The notes: generated by a model from the letters alone, not told the origin. Numbered from the stretch's first letter, positions 1-8,182 are shown. The stretch: 32,000 bases of DNA from Candidatus Saccharimonadota bacterium (GCF_025273655.1 NZ_CP045921.1:240001-272000), one strand, 5' to 3'. Numbers and translations are program-made.

Positions 1-309
1 CAGCTCTGCGGCTGGTTTGATCATCGGTTCAAGGCCGATGAATTTCTGTGTGGGGTACTTAGCGCGGAGCTGTTCAATCGCAAATGCAGTGGCGGTATTG
101 CAAGCGAGTACTATCATGTCGCATGAGCCATCTAACAGGGGCTGAATTGCCAGCTCTGTCAGGCGACGCACCTGAGCAGGGGACTTGTTGCCATAGGGTA
201 CGTTGCCGCGATCGTTTACAGTTACGACTTTTGCACTGGGAAAATATTCGCGAAGTGAGACGGCGACTGCTTCACCTCCGATACCGCTGTCAAACACACC
301 AAGTTTCAT
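1..309 (-). CDS. murI: Glutamate racemase, N-terminal 103 codons (the gene runs off the window start)
   Basis: Reading the reverse strand from the ATG (complement of 307-309) gives MKLGVFDSGIGGEAVAVSLREYFP...DMIVLACNTATAFAIEQLRAKYP. The DSGxGG and ACNTA motifs are typical of Asp/Glu racemases. It is absent from the ORF track because it is open at the window edge. Confidence 0.8.
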   Translation of the reverse strand, partial: MKLGVFDSGIGGEAVAVSLREYFPSAKVVTVNDRGNVPYGNKSPAQVRRLTELAIQPLLDGSCDMIVLACNTATAFAIEQLRAKYPTQKFIGLEPMIKPAAEL

Positions 310-316
310 GCTCTCT

Positions 317-356
317 AGTATAGACTATTTTCAAACCGGCGCATAAGCGGTATACT
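317..356. promoter_or_regulatory. Back-to-back divergent -10 boxes for murI (minus) and ftsA (plus)
   Basis: TATACT sits at 351-356, 7 nt before the ftsA ATG at 364. On the other strand, TATACT (plus-strand agtata, 317-322) sits 7 nt before the murI ATG (complement of 307-309). Neither spacer contains a Shine-Dalgarno sequence. Confidence 0.55.
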
Positions 357-363
357 ACAACAT

Positions 364-1611
364 ATGCAAGACACGTCCAAGTATGCCGTAGGTATTGATA
401 TAGGAACCAACAAAATCCGCTGCGTGGTGGGTCACGTCGATGTGTCGACTGGTGCACCGACAGTTGTGGGTGTGGGTGAAGTATCAAACAGCGGTATGCG
501 CAAAGGAGTGGTAGTTAATCTCGCGGGTCCGAGCAAGGCGATCGACGATGCACTTGGTGAAGCGGAGCGTATGAGTGGGTATCAAGTGAATGCGGCGACA
601 TTGAGCATCAATGGATCGCATATCTTGAGTACAAAAGCCGACGGCATGATTGCTATCGGTATGGCGGGGCAGGAAGTGACAGAAGCCGATATTATACGTC
701 TAGAGGACGTCGCAACCACAGGCAAGGTACCTGCCAATCGTGAGATTCTTGAACTCGTGCCATTTAGTTATCGGCTTGATGGCCAAGATGGTATCAAGGA
801 TCCCGTCGGTATGACGGGGACGCGGCTCGAGATCAATGCAAATGTCGTTTCGGCACTTGCTCCACACGTGGTTAATCTCCAGAAAACTGCCGAACAAGCG
901 CAAGTGGTGCCACATGCGCTTATCCCAAGTGCTGTAGCGGCCTCACGCGCAGTGCTCACTGAGCAGCAGCTTGAAAACGGCGTGGCTGTGATTGACTTCG
1001 GTGGCGCAACAACTAGTATTGCTATCTATGAAGAAGGTGATCTTCAATACACCGCTGTCATCCCTGTCGGCAGCAATAACATCACGAATGATCTCGCGAT
1101 TGGACTCAAGACCGATCCCGAAGTAGCGGAGCTAGTGAAGCTACAGCATGTAACTGCTGTAAGTGGACGTGACAGCAAGAAGGTGTCGGTCAAATACGAA
1201 AAAGAGACTCATGAATTTGCCACAAGTGAGATTGATGAGATAGTCGAAGCCCGTCTCGAAGAGCTGTTTGAAGATATCAATGCCGAGCTCAAAAAAGCTG
1301 GCCGCAAGGGTAAGCTGCCAAACGGTGTCGTGCTGGTGGGTGGTGGAGCGCAGCTCAAAGGCCTGGTGGACTATACTAAGCAGTCGCTCGAACTTGCCGC
1401 GCGTATCGGTAAACCAAAAGGTTTCGGCGGGGTGGCCGAACAACTGGAGTCGCCAGCGTTTGCGACTGCCGTGGGACTCATGTTCAGTGACATGGAGAAC
1501 GTCGAAAACCCTAGCTTGCATAAATCTAGTGATAAGACCCATAGAGCTAAGCAGGGCGTTTCTCAAGCCAAAGGTTTTGTGAGTAAATTTTTGGATCGTT
1601 TCCGCGCCTAA
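364..1611 (+). CDS. ftsA: Cell division protein FtsA
   Basis: The N-terminus has an actin/Hsp70-fold phosphate-1 motif (YAVGIDIGTNKIRCVVG) and there is a second ATPase motif (VIDFGGATTSIAIY). The C-terminus has an amphipathic tail (GFVSKFLDRFRA). The gene lies immediately upstream of ftsZ. Confidence 0.9.
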   Translation: MQDTSKYAVGIDIGTNKIRCVVGHVDVSTGAPTVVGVGEVSNSGMRKGVVVNLAGPSKAIDDALGEAERMSGYQVNAATLSINGSHILSTKADGMIAIGMAGQEVTEADIIRLEDVATTGKVPANREILELVPFSYRLDGQDGIKDPVGMTGTRLEINANVVSALAPHVVNLQKTAEQAQVVPHALIPSAVAASRAVLTEQQLENGVAVIDFGGATTSIAIYEEGDLQYTAVIPVGSNNITNDLAIGLKTDPEVAELVKLQHVTAVSGRDSKKVSVKYEKETHEFATSEIDEIVEARLEELFEDINAELKKAGRKGKLPNGVVLVGGGAQLKGLVDYTKQSLELAARIGKPKGFGGVAEQLESPAFATAVGLMFSDMENVENPSLHKSSDKTHRAKQGVSQAKGFVSKFLDRFRA

Positions 1612-1692
1612 CAGAGTCAGTGGCGCTTGAAAGTGTCACTCCTCGTGTTATACTAGATACTAGATTTATAGAACCAGGGGGAGAGACTAGGA

Positions 1693-2913
1693 ATGCCCGA
1701 AGTAAAACCAAGTGAAGTCCAGACATTTGCAAGCATCAAGGTAGTTGGTGTTGGCGGTGCAGGTGGTTCAGCTGTCAATCGCATGAAAGAAGCAGGCCTG
1801 TCTGGTGTGCAATTCATTGCCATGAATACCGATGCACAGGCGCTTCACAATTCTAAGGCAGATGTAAAAATCCATCTCGGTAAAGACGCGACTGGCGGAC
1901 TCGGTGCCGGCGCAGATCCAAGCGTAGGCGAACAGGCCGCGCACGAATCTCGTGAAGAGATTAAAAGCGCACTTGAAGGTGCAGACATGGTATTTGTGAC
2001 TATCGGTGCTGGCGGTGGTACCGGCTCCGGTGCCGGGCATGTAGTGGCCGAAATCGCTCGAGAGCTTGGTATTTTGGTGGTTGGTGTTGCGACTAAGCCG
2101 TTTAGCTTCGAAGGAGAGAAGCGTCGCACCAACGCTGACTGGGCTATCGCGCATTTAGGGCGCCAAGTGGATACACTGATTACGATTCCAAACGATCGCC
2201 TACTTCAGACTATTGACCGCCGCACACCGCTTCTTGAGACGTTCAAAATCGCCGACGACGTACTGCGGCAGGGTGTGCAAGGTATCTCCGAGCTTATTAC
2301 CGAGCACGGCCTTATCAATCTCGACTTTGCTGACGTGAAGGCAATCATGAGCAATGCTGGTAGTGCGCTGATGGGCATTGGTCGTGCGAGCGGTGAAGAG
2401 CGTGCAGCTCTTGCGGCGCAGCAAGCAATCGAGTCACCACTTATCGAAGTCTCTATCGATGGTGCAAAAGGCGTGCTGTTCAATGTCACTGGTGGCTACG
2501 ATATGTCGATGAGCGAGATCCAAGAGGCTGCCGAGATTATCACGAGCGCAGTTGCACCGGATGCCAATATCATTTTTGGTGCAACCCTCAAGCCTGACCT
2601 GGAAGATGAATTGATCATCACTGTTATTGCAACCGGCTTTGATAGCGAATATTTTGATGAGCAGGCGGCAGCACTTGGTGGCGCGGCTTCAGTATCGCAG
2701 GAAGCTCAAACTCCAGAGCGTCTCACAAAAGTGGACGATACGGAGGTGGAGAGCGTCAACATGGATCTCGACCAGACGAATGCAGCTGCAGAATTTGCGG
2801 CCGAGCCATCGCATGATATCTGGAGCCAACCCGTACCAGCACCAGAGGAAGACGACGAGTCAGATATGCCCGCATTCTTGCGTCGTCGCAAAAAGAACAA
2901 ATCAGACGAATAG
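1693..2913 (+). CDS. ftsZ: Cell division GTPase FtsZ
   Basis: It carries the tubulin signature [11 protein letters not shown] and the N-terminal [15 protein letters not shown] motif. The conserved C-terminal peptide [11 protein letters not shown] is present. An SD (gggggagag) lies about 7 nt upstream, and a TGTTATACT -10 box is at 1646-1654. Confidence 0.97.
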   Translation: MPEVKPSEVQTFASIKVVGVGGAGGSAVNRMKEAGLSGVQFIAMNTDAQALHNSKADVKIHLGKDATGGLGAGADPSVGEQAAHESREEIKSALEGADMVFVTIGAGGGTGSGAGHVVAEIARELGILVVGVATKPFSFEGEKRRTNADWAIAHLGRQVDTLITIPNDRLLQTIDRRTPLLETFKIADDVLRQGVQGISELITEHGLINLDFADVKAIMSNAGSALMGIGRASGEERAALAAQQAIESPLIEVSIDGAKGVLFNVTGGYDMSMSEIQEAAEIITSAVAPDANIIFGATLKPDLEDELIITVIATGFDSEYFDEQAAALGGAASVSQEAQTPERLTKVDDTEVESVNMDLDQTNAAAEFAAEPSHDIWSQPVPAPEEDDESDMPAFLRRRKKNKSDE

Positions 2914-2930
2914 GATTCCAAGGAGCGACA

Positions 2931-3398
2931 ATGAATACCCAGCAGTACCGTATCGGCGACAGCAAGGTGCTGGAATCGCGTGAAGTGAGTGATGGCAAGA
3001 CAATCCGCCGCCGCCGCGAAACACTCGATGGCAAATATCGTTTCACTACGTACGAGCGCATCGAAAAGCCGAACCTCGCCGTCGTCAAAAAGAACGGTAG
3101 CCGTGAACTATTCGATCGCGAGAAACTAGCCGGCGCAATCAAGCAGTCGGTCGGCAAATTTTTCAAATCAGAGATAGAGGTTGAGCGTATCATCGACGAT
3201 ATCGAAGACGCCGTCTATGCAGTTGGTGAATCGGAAGTTTCATCCAAGCATATCGGCGAAATTGTGCTTGATAAACTTGCCGATAAAAATGAGGTCGCAT
3301 ATGTGCGTTTCGCAAGCGTCTACCATGACTTCAAGACACTCGACGAGTTTGAGTCAATCTTGGCATCACGTCGCAGACAAAGGGAGGGTGAGGCGTGA
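2931..3398 (+). CDS. nrdR: NrdR-like transcriptional regulator (ATP-cone retained, zinc ribbon cysteines absent)
   Basis: It aligns by eye with NrdR through ...SKVLESREV..GKTIRRRRE......RFTTYERIE... and the ATP-cone segment ...VAYVRFASVYHDFKTLDEF. An AAGGAG SD lies 5 nt upstream. The four Cys positions of the NrdR zinc ribbon read T, Y, T and G here. Confidence 0.8.
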   Translation: MNTQQYRIGDSKVLESREVSDGKTIRRRRETLDGKYRFTTYERIEKPNLAVVKKNGSRELFDREKLAGAIKQSVGKFFKSEIEVERIIDDIEDAVYAVGESEVSSKHIGEIVLDKLADKNEVAYVRFASVYHDFKTLDEFESILASRRRQREGEA

Positions 3399-3661
3399 AA
3401 GTTTCAGTAGTCTACCGCGAGGAAAGTGATCATGCACGTGCGGTCATCGATTTTGTGAGAGACTACCAGCGTCAGACCGGGCGCGAGTTGGAGACGATTG
3501 ACCCCGACTCTCCGGAAGGGGCGCAGTTTTGCCGCACATACGATATCGTGGAATATCCAAGTATCGTAGCGGCCAGCAACGAGGGTGTGCTACAAAACCT
3601 CTGGCGCGGCCTTCCATTGCCACTTATCAACGAACTGAGCTATTACGACCATGATGAATAA
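3395..3661 (+). CDS. Small hypothetical protein, possible glutaredoxin/NrdH-like fold without CXXC
   Basis: The GTG start overlaps the nrdR stop (GTGA) and is preceded by GGGAGGGTGAGG. The beta-alpha-beta spacing and an EYPSIV (cis-Pro-like) segment resemble small redoxins, but no CXXC is present. The 3' end overlaps the next gene by 11 nt. Confidence 0.5.
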   Translation: MKVSVVYREESDHARAVIDFVRDYQRQTGRELETIDPDSPEGAQFCRTYDIVEYPSIVAASNEGVLQNLWRGLPLPLINELSYYDHDE

Positions 3662-4292
3662 ACTACATGCTATCCGAGACTTTTTCACACACGAAGACAA
3701 GAAGCTTCGTGACGATCGCTGGATATTTGCCAGTATGCTCGTAGGTGCAGTGTTAAGTCTCCTTGCTTCGTTTGTACTATCATACGATGCGATTCAAATT
3801 GCTAAAAATCCTAATGCCGAGCTAAGCTGCAGCGTCAATGTTGTCATCAACTGTGCAACAGTTGCCAAGCACCCGACAGCAGAAATGTTTGGCTTCCCAA
3901 ATAGTTTTCTTGGACTTATGGCAGAATCGGTTGTCATCACGGTTGCCATCGCAGGCCTTGCTGGCATTCGTTTTCCGCGAGGCTTCATGTTTGCGGCCCA
4001 GATAGGCTACACCCTCGGTCTTATCTTTGCGTATGTCTTGTTTTATATCAGCTTCTTCATCATTCAGGCATTGTGCCCGTGGTGCTTGCTTGTCACGCTC
4101 ACTACCACGCTCGTATTCTTTGCCATGACGCGCTACAATATCCGCGAGAATAATCTCTATTTGCCGAAATCTATTATGAGGCCACTGCATCGCTGGATCG
4201 AGAAGGATTATGACAAGCTACTCATGTGGTCTCTCATTGTGATCTTTATTGCGGCTATCATCGTCAAATATGGAGACGGTCTGTTTGCCTAG
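3651..4292 (+). CDS. Vitamin K epoxide reductase (VKOR) family membrane oxidoreductase
   Basis: This is a polytopic membrane protein with a loop cysteine pair (CSVNVVINC) and a CPWC active-site motif at the start of a TM helix. That is the VKOR/DsbB-analog arrangement. Confidence 0.8.
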   Translation: MMNKLHAIRDFFTHEDKKLRDDRWIFASMLVGAVLSLLASFVLSYDAIQIAKNPNAELSCSVNVVINCATVAKHPTAEMFGFPNSFLGLMAESVVITVAIAGLAGIRFPRGFMFAAQIGYTLGLIFAYVLFYISFFIIQALCPWCLLVTLTTTLVFFAMTRYNIRENNLYLPKSIMRPLHRWIEKDYDKLLMWSLIVIFIAAIIVKYGDGLFA

Positions 4293-4293
4293 T

Positions 4294-5079
4294 ATGCTCG
4301 TCAGCTTTGTGGCCGCACTGGCTGCTGCGAGTGTATTTATGACCGGGGTATTTCTGTGGGCTAGGGCACGTGGCCGCTATGATGTGATCGACATCGCATG
4401 GGGCGTCGTATTTATTGTGATTGCTGTGACAACGTACATACTAGGCGACCCTGGTGCCTTGCAGCTACTACTGCTACTACTTGTTGCCGCTTGGGGGCTC
4501 AGGCTGTCATTGCATATTTATCGGCGCTGGCGTCGTTCGGACAAAGAGGATCATCGCTATCAGCAGCTCCGGCGTGATTATACTAAGAAGCGTGGCGGTG
4601 TGGCGTGGAATATGTATGGCAAAGTATTTTTGGTGCAGGCTCTACTCGCAGTCGTCGTTTGTACACCGGTTATCATTGCGATGGGTAGTGAGCCTGCTCT
4701 GATTGGCACATGGGCGCTTGTCGGCGCGTGTATCTGGTGTATTGGTTTTTATTTCGAGACGGTAGGTGACTGGCAGCTGCGTAAGTTTCTTTCTGACTCA
4801 TCAAACAAAGGTAAGATTATGACGCGGGGCCTCTGGAAATATACCCGTCACCCCAATTACTTCGGTGAGATGACGCAGTGGTGGGGGATTTTTGTGATTG
4901 CGCTGTCCGTAGAATACGGGTGGGCGGGGCTTATTGGGCCACTTGTCATCACATGGTTACTCGTGTTTATATCTGGCGTGCCACTTACCGAGCGTCATTT
5001 CCGCGGTCGTCCAGGCTGGGACGAGTATGTGCGACGTACGAGTAAGCTTATTCCTCTGCCGCCTCGTAGCGACGATTGA
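4294..5079 (+). CDS. DUF1295 / steroid 5-alpha-reductase-like membrane protein
   Basis: The protein is multi-TM and its C-terminal motif RGLWKYTRHPNYFGEMTQWWG is typical of the DUF1295/ICMT-like superfamily. The ORF is open from 4249. I prefer the ATG at 4294, one nt after the VKOR stop, because the first TM helix starts there. Confidence 0.7.
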   Translation: MLVSFVAALAAASVFMTGVFLWARARGRYDVIDIAWGVVFIVIAVTTYILGDPGALQLLLLLLVAAWGLRLSLHIYRRWRRSDKEDHRYQQLRRDYTKKRGGVAWNMYGKVFLVQALLAVVVCTPVIIAMGSEPALIGTWALVGACIWCIGFYFETVGDWQLRKFLSDSSNKGKIMTRGLWKYTRHPNYFGEMTQWWGIFVIALSVEYGWAGLIGPLVITWLLVFISGVPLTERHFRGRPGWDEYVRRTSKLIPLPPRSDD

Positions 5080-5094
5080 AAAACACCACCAAAA

Positions 5095-5308
5095 TTGCTA
5101 CTATAAGTACAAGACGTTTGAGTGACTATCCATCACGAGTCGTGGGAAGAAAGGTGTAGACCGACTAGAACCCGCCGCTACGCTAGCGACAAAAGCGACA
5201 AATAAGCGCTAAAAGAATCACTTCTTTTGGAAGTCAGATGGTACCGTCCGCCGATGCGGATTCTGACAGCCGGAAGAAGTGGTTTTTTATTTTACGAAAG
5301 GATGTAGG
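5095..5308 (+). promoter_or_regulatory. Structured ileS leader, T-box-like attenuator
   Basis: A candidate promoter TTGCTACTATAAGT is at about 5095-5108. The leader is about 190 nt. Helix GUCAGA (5233-5238) / UCUGAC (5262-5267) encloses a 5'-side bulge UGGUACCG (5239-5246) and an inner hairpin UCCGC-CGAU-GCGGA (5247-5260). This matches T-box antiterminator architecture and the UGGNACC core. The structure is nested inside a terminator directly before the ileS RBS. Confidence 0.5.
5219..5293 (+). terminator. Intrinsic terminator/attenuator immediately upstream of ileS
   Basis: CACUUCUUUUGG (5219-5230) pairs with CCGGAAGAAGUG (5270-5281) over 12 bp, including 2 G-U pairs. The helix is followed by GUUUUUUAUUUU (5282-5293). 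The ileS ATG lies 16 nt further downstream. Confidence 0.75.
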
Positions 5309-8182
5309 ATGAAATTCAAAGCTAACTCGCGCCGACGCGCACTAGAATACGAAAAAGATTGGGTTCAAAAGTGGAAAACACAGAAAACGTTTGAAAAATC
5401 GGTCGAACAACGACCAGCGGATAATGCCTATGTATTCTATGACGGCCCGCCCTTCATCACGGGTGTGCCACATCATGGAACGCTCCTGAGTAGTGTAGTG
5501 AAAGATGCTGTGCCGCGTTATCAAACTATGCTTGGCAAACGCGTGGAACGTGTGTGGGGCTGGGACTGTCATGGTCTACCGGCAGAGGTATTTACCGAGA
5601 AGAAGCTTGGTATTAAAGACCGACGCGATATCGGTACGAAGATTAGTCTAGAAGAATATATCACAACCGCTCGCGACAACATGGTTCAGACGAGTAGCCT
5701 GTGGAATGACACAATCGACCGTATCGGCCGCTGGGTCGATATGGATAATGCATACAAAACCATGGATAAAGAATACATGGAATCCATCTGGTGGGCATTC
5801 AAGGAACTCTACAATAAAGGCAAGATCTACGAAGGTGAGCGCGTACTTATGTACTGCACACGCGACGCCACGCCGCTTTCGAAAGCCGAAGTTACTATGG
5901 ATGCCGGCGCGTATCAAGATGTTACCGACCCGAGTGTCTATGTGAAGTTCAAGCTAACAAACGGCAACACTCTACTTGCTTGGACTACCACGCCGTGGAC
6001 ACTGCCGGCCAACACGGCCGTGGCAGTGAACAAAGATTTGGACTACGTAGAAGTAAAGGTGGGTGATGAACAATTTACTGTAGCCAAAGAACTCGTGCAG
6101 AAGGTATTGACTGACGAAAAGCATCAGCCGCTGGAGTATGAAGTTGTACGTGAGCTCAAAGGCGAGGAGCTAGTGGGACTTAGTTATGAGCCGCTGTTTG
6201 AAAATAGGGGAGAGGATGCGCACAAAGTATGGGCGGCAGACTATGTCTCGGCTGAAGACGGTTCTGGTATCGTGCATATCGCACCAGCGTATGGCGAAGA
6301 GGACTTCGAGTTGGCGCAGCGCGAAGGTATTCCTGTCGTGCATGTCATCGATGAAAATGGCCTATATAGCGAGACAGAGTGGCGGGGCGAAAACGTCTGG
6401 GAGATCAACAAGACAATCGCTAAGATGCTTCATGAGCGCGGCACCGTCTGGAAGATCGACTACATCCGCCACTCGTATCCACACTGTCATCGCTGCGGCA
6501 CACGTCTCATGTACCGTGCACATCCGAGCTGGTTCTTTGACGTGCAAGGTCAGAAGCAGCTCATGCTGGAGAAAAATACCGAACAAATCGAATGGTTTCC
6601 CGAGCATCTCAAACACGGGCGCTGGCAGAAAAACATCGAAGCCGCGCCAGACTGGAACCTGTCTCGCGACCGCTTTTGGGCAACCGCTATGCCAGTCTGG
6701 GAAGGCAAAGATAAAGACGGTAAGAAGCACCAGATCGTGGTAGGCAGCTACGCCGAACTCAAAGATCTGAGTGGGCGAGAGCTCGACGATTACCACCGAC
6801 CATGGGTCGACGACATTACGTTCGAAAAAGATGGGATCCACTACACTCGAATAGAAAAAGTACTAGACGGCTGGTTCGAGAGTGGTAGCATGCCGTTTGC
6901 ACAATTCCATTATCCATTCGAAAACAAAGCCAAGTTCGAAGCCAATTTCCCTGGCGATTTCATCTCGGAGTACATCGGCCAAGTCCGTGCATGGTTTTAC
7001 TACTTACATGTCGTGGGTGTCGGACTGTTTGGTGAGGCACCGTTCAAACATGTCATCACCACGGGCGTGGTCGCGGGCAACGACGGGCGCAAGATGAGTA
7101 AAAGCTATGGCAATTACACCGATCCAAACGAGCTGATGGATAAGTTTAGTGCCGATAGTCTACGCTTCTTGCTACTCAGTAGCCCGCTGCTAAGCGGAGA
7201 AGACTTCGCGTTGCACGACAAGGATGTAGGTGATGTCGCACGCAAACTCAGTATGATTTGGAACATGTACGATTTCTTTACTATGTATGCAGAGGTTGAC
7301 GGCTGGGAGTTCGACCCTACGAAGCCATTTACGACCAACCCGGAAGACGTTCACAATCCACTCGACAAATGGATCATCAGTCGCGTGCATGAGCTGAACA
7401 AGCATGTCAGCGAGCATATGGATGCCTATAACTTACCGGTCGCGATGAGTGAGTTTCTACCGTTTATTGAGGATGCGAGTAATTGGTTTGTGCGCCGCTC
7501 ACGCCGACGTTTCTGGAAGAGCGAAGATGACGGTGACAAAGCCGAGGCATATTGTACGCTGCACTATGTACTGATGAAACTGTCGGTCATCCTGGCGCCA
7601 TTTACACCCTTCCTGAGTGAAGAATTGTATCAAAATCTTGGTGGCGGTGGGGAGTCGGTACATTTGCTTGACTGGCCGTCTAACTACACTGTTGATCAGC
7701 TTGTACTCGACGAAATGGGAACTGTACGTGAGTATGTCAATCAAGCCCTCAGTATCCGTGCCAAGGAACGTCTCAAAATTCGCCAGCCACTCGCGAGTGT
7801 AACCGTACCTACGCTTGGCAAATTTGTGAATTTCGAAGACATCCTCACCGAAGAGCTGAACGTTAAAAAAGTTGTTCAGGGTGGCGAACTGACACTTGAC
7901 CTAGAACTTACGCCAGAGCTCAAGCGCGAAGGCCTCATGCGTGAAGTGATTCGACATATTCAAGCGACCCGCAAAGACGCCGGTCTCAATGTTGATGATC
8001 GCATCGTGCTGCACCTTTCAACTGATAATCAAGAGCTTGCGGCTGCTATCGCCGAACACGAGGATACGATACGCACCGAAGTGCTCGCAGACGGTGTGTC
8101 GACCGATAAACTGTCATATGAAAAAGATGTCAAAGTTGAGGGAGCGGATCTTCAAGTTTCACTCGAAAAATACTCTGCCTAA
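5309..8182 (+). CDS. ileS: Isoleucyl-tRNA synthetase
   Basis: It has a class I HIGH-type motif (PHHGTLL) and KMSKS (GRKMSKSYG). Editing/CP1 region motifs (WTTTPWTLPAN) and DWNLSRDRFW are present. The ORF is open from 5279, but the ATG at 5309 follows AAAGGATGTAGG and lies downstream of the terminator U-tract. Confidence 0.95.
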   Translation: MKFKANSRRRALEYEKDWVQKWKTQKTFEKSVEQRPADNAYVFYDGPPFITGVPHHGTLLSSVVKDAVPRYQTMLGKRVERVWGWDCHGLPAEVFTEKKLGIKDRRDIGTKISLEEYITTARDNMVQTSSLWNDTIDRIGRWVDMDNAYKTMDKEYMESIWWAFKELYNKGKIYEGERVLMYCTRDATPLSKAEVTMDAGAYQDVTDPSVYVKFKLTNGNTLLAWTTTPWTLPANTAVAVNKDLDYVEVKVGDEQFTVAKELVQKVLTDEKHQPLEYEVVRELKGEELVGLSYEPLFENRGEDAHKVWAADYVSAEDGSGIVHIAPAYGEEDFELAQREGIPVVHVIDENGLYSETEWRGENVWEINKTIAKMLHERGTVWKIDYIRHSYPHCHRCGTRLMYRAHPSWFFDVQGQKQLMLEKNTEQIEWFPEHLKHGRWQKNIEAAPDWNLSRDRFWATAMPVWEGKDKDGKKHQIVVGSYAELKDLSGRELDDYHRPWVDDITFEKDGIHYTRIEKVLDGWFESGSMPFAQFHYPFENKAKFEANFPGDFISEYIGQVRAWFYYLHVVGVGLFGEAPFKHVITTGVVAGNDGRKMSKSYGNYTDPNELMDKFSADSLRFLLLSSPLLSGEDFALHDKDVGDVARKLSMIWNMYDFFTMYAEVDGWEFDPTKPFTTNPEDVHNPLDKWIISRVHELNKHVSEHMDAYNLPVAMSEFLPFIEDASNWFVRRSRRRFWKSEDDGDKAEAYCTLHYVLMKLSVILAPFTPFLSEELYQNLGGGGESVHLLDWPSNYTVDQLVLDEMGTVREYVNQALSIRAKERLKIRQPLASVTVPTLGKFVNFEDILTEELNVKKVVQGGELTLDLELTPELKREGLMREVIRHIQATRKDAGLNVDDRIVLHLSTDNQELAAAIAEHEDTIRTEVLADGVSTDKLSYEKDVKVEGADLQVSLEKYSA

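Noticed and set aside
84-487. ORFs 84-323(+) and 290-487(-) at the window start.
   Set aside because: They overlap the well-supported murI N-terminus (minus strand), the murI/ftsA promoter spacer and the ftsA start. Their translations are Cys/Arg-rich nonsense.
5122-5136. Assigning a definite Ile specifier codon (AUC) in the hairpin GUGA-CUAUCCA-UCAC of the ileS leader.
   Set aside because: I could not identify the K-turn, the S-turn (GAA) or the distal platform elements in their canonical order. The specifier assignment would therefore be guesswork, so only the antiterminator-like element is reported.
5279-5308. 5'-extended versions of several ORFs as listed in the track: ileS from 5279, 14018, 23914, 25501, 31368, 21357 and 4249.
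   Set aside because: The extensions run through terminator U-tracts, through the upstream gene or through promoter boxes. Internal starts have SDs or -10 boxes at the proper spacing, and they yield canonical N-termini (signal peptides, the ParB MVKKGLGRG start, and so on).
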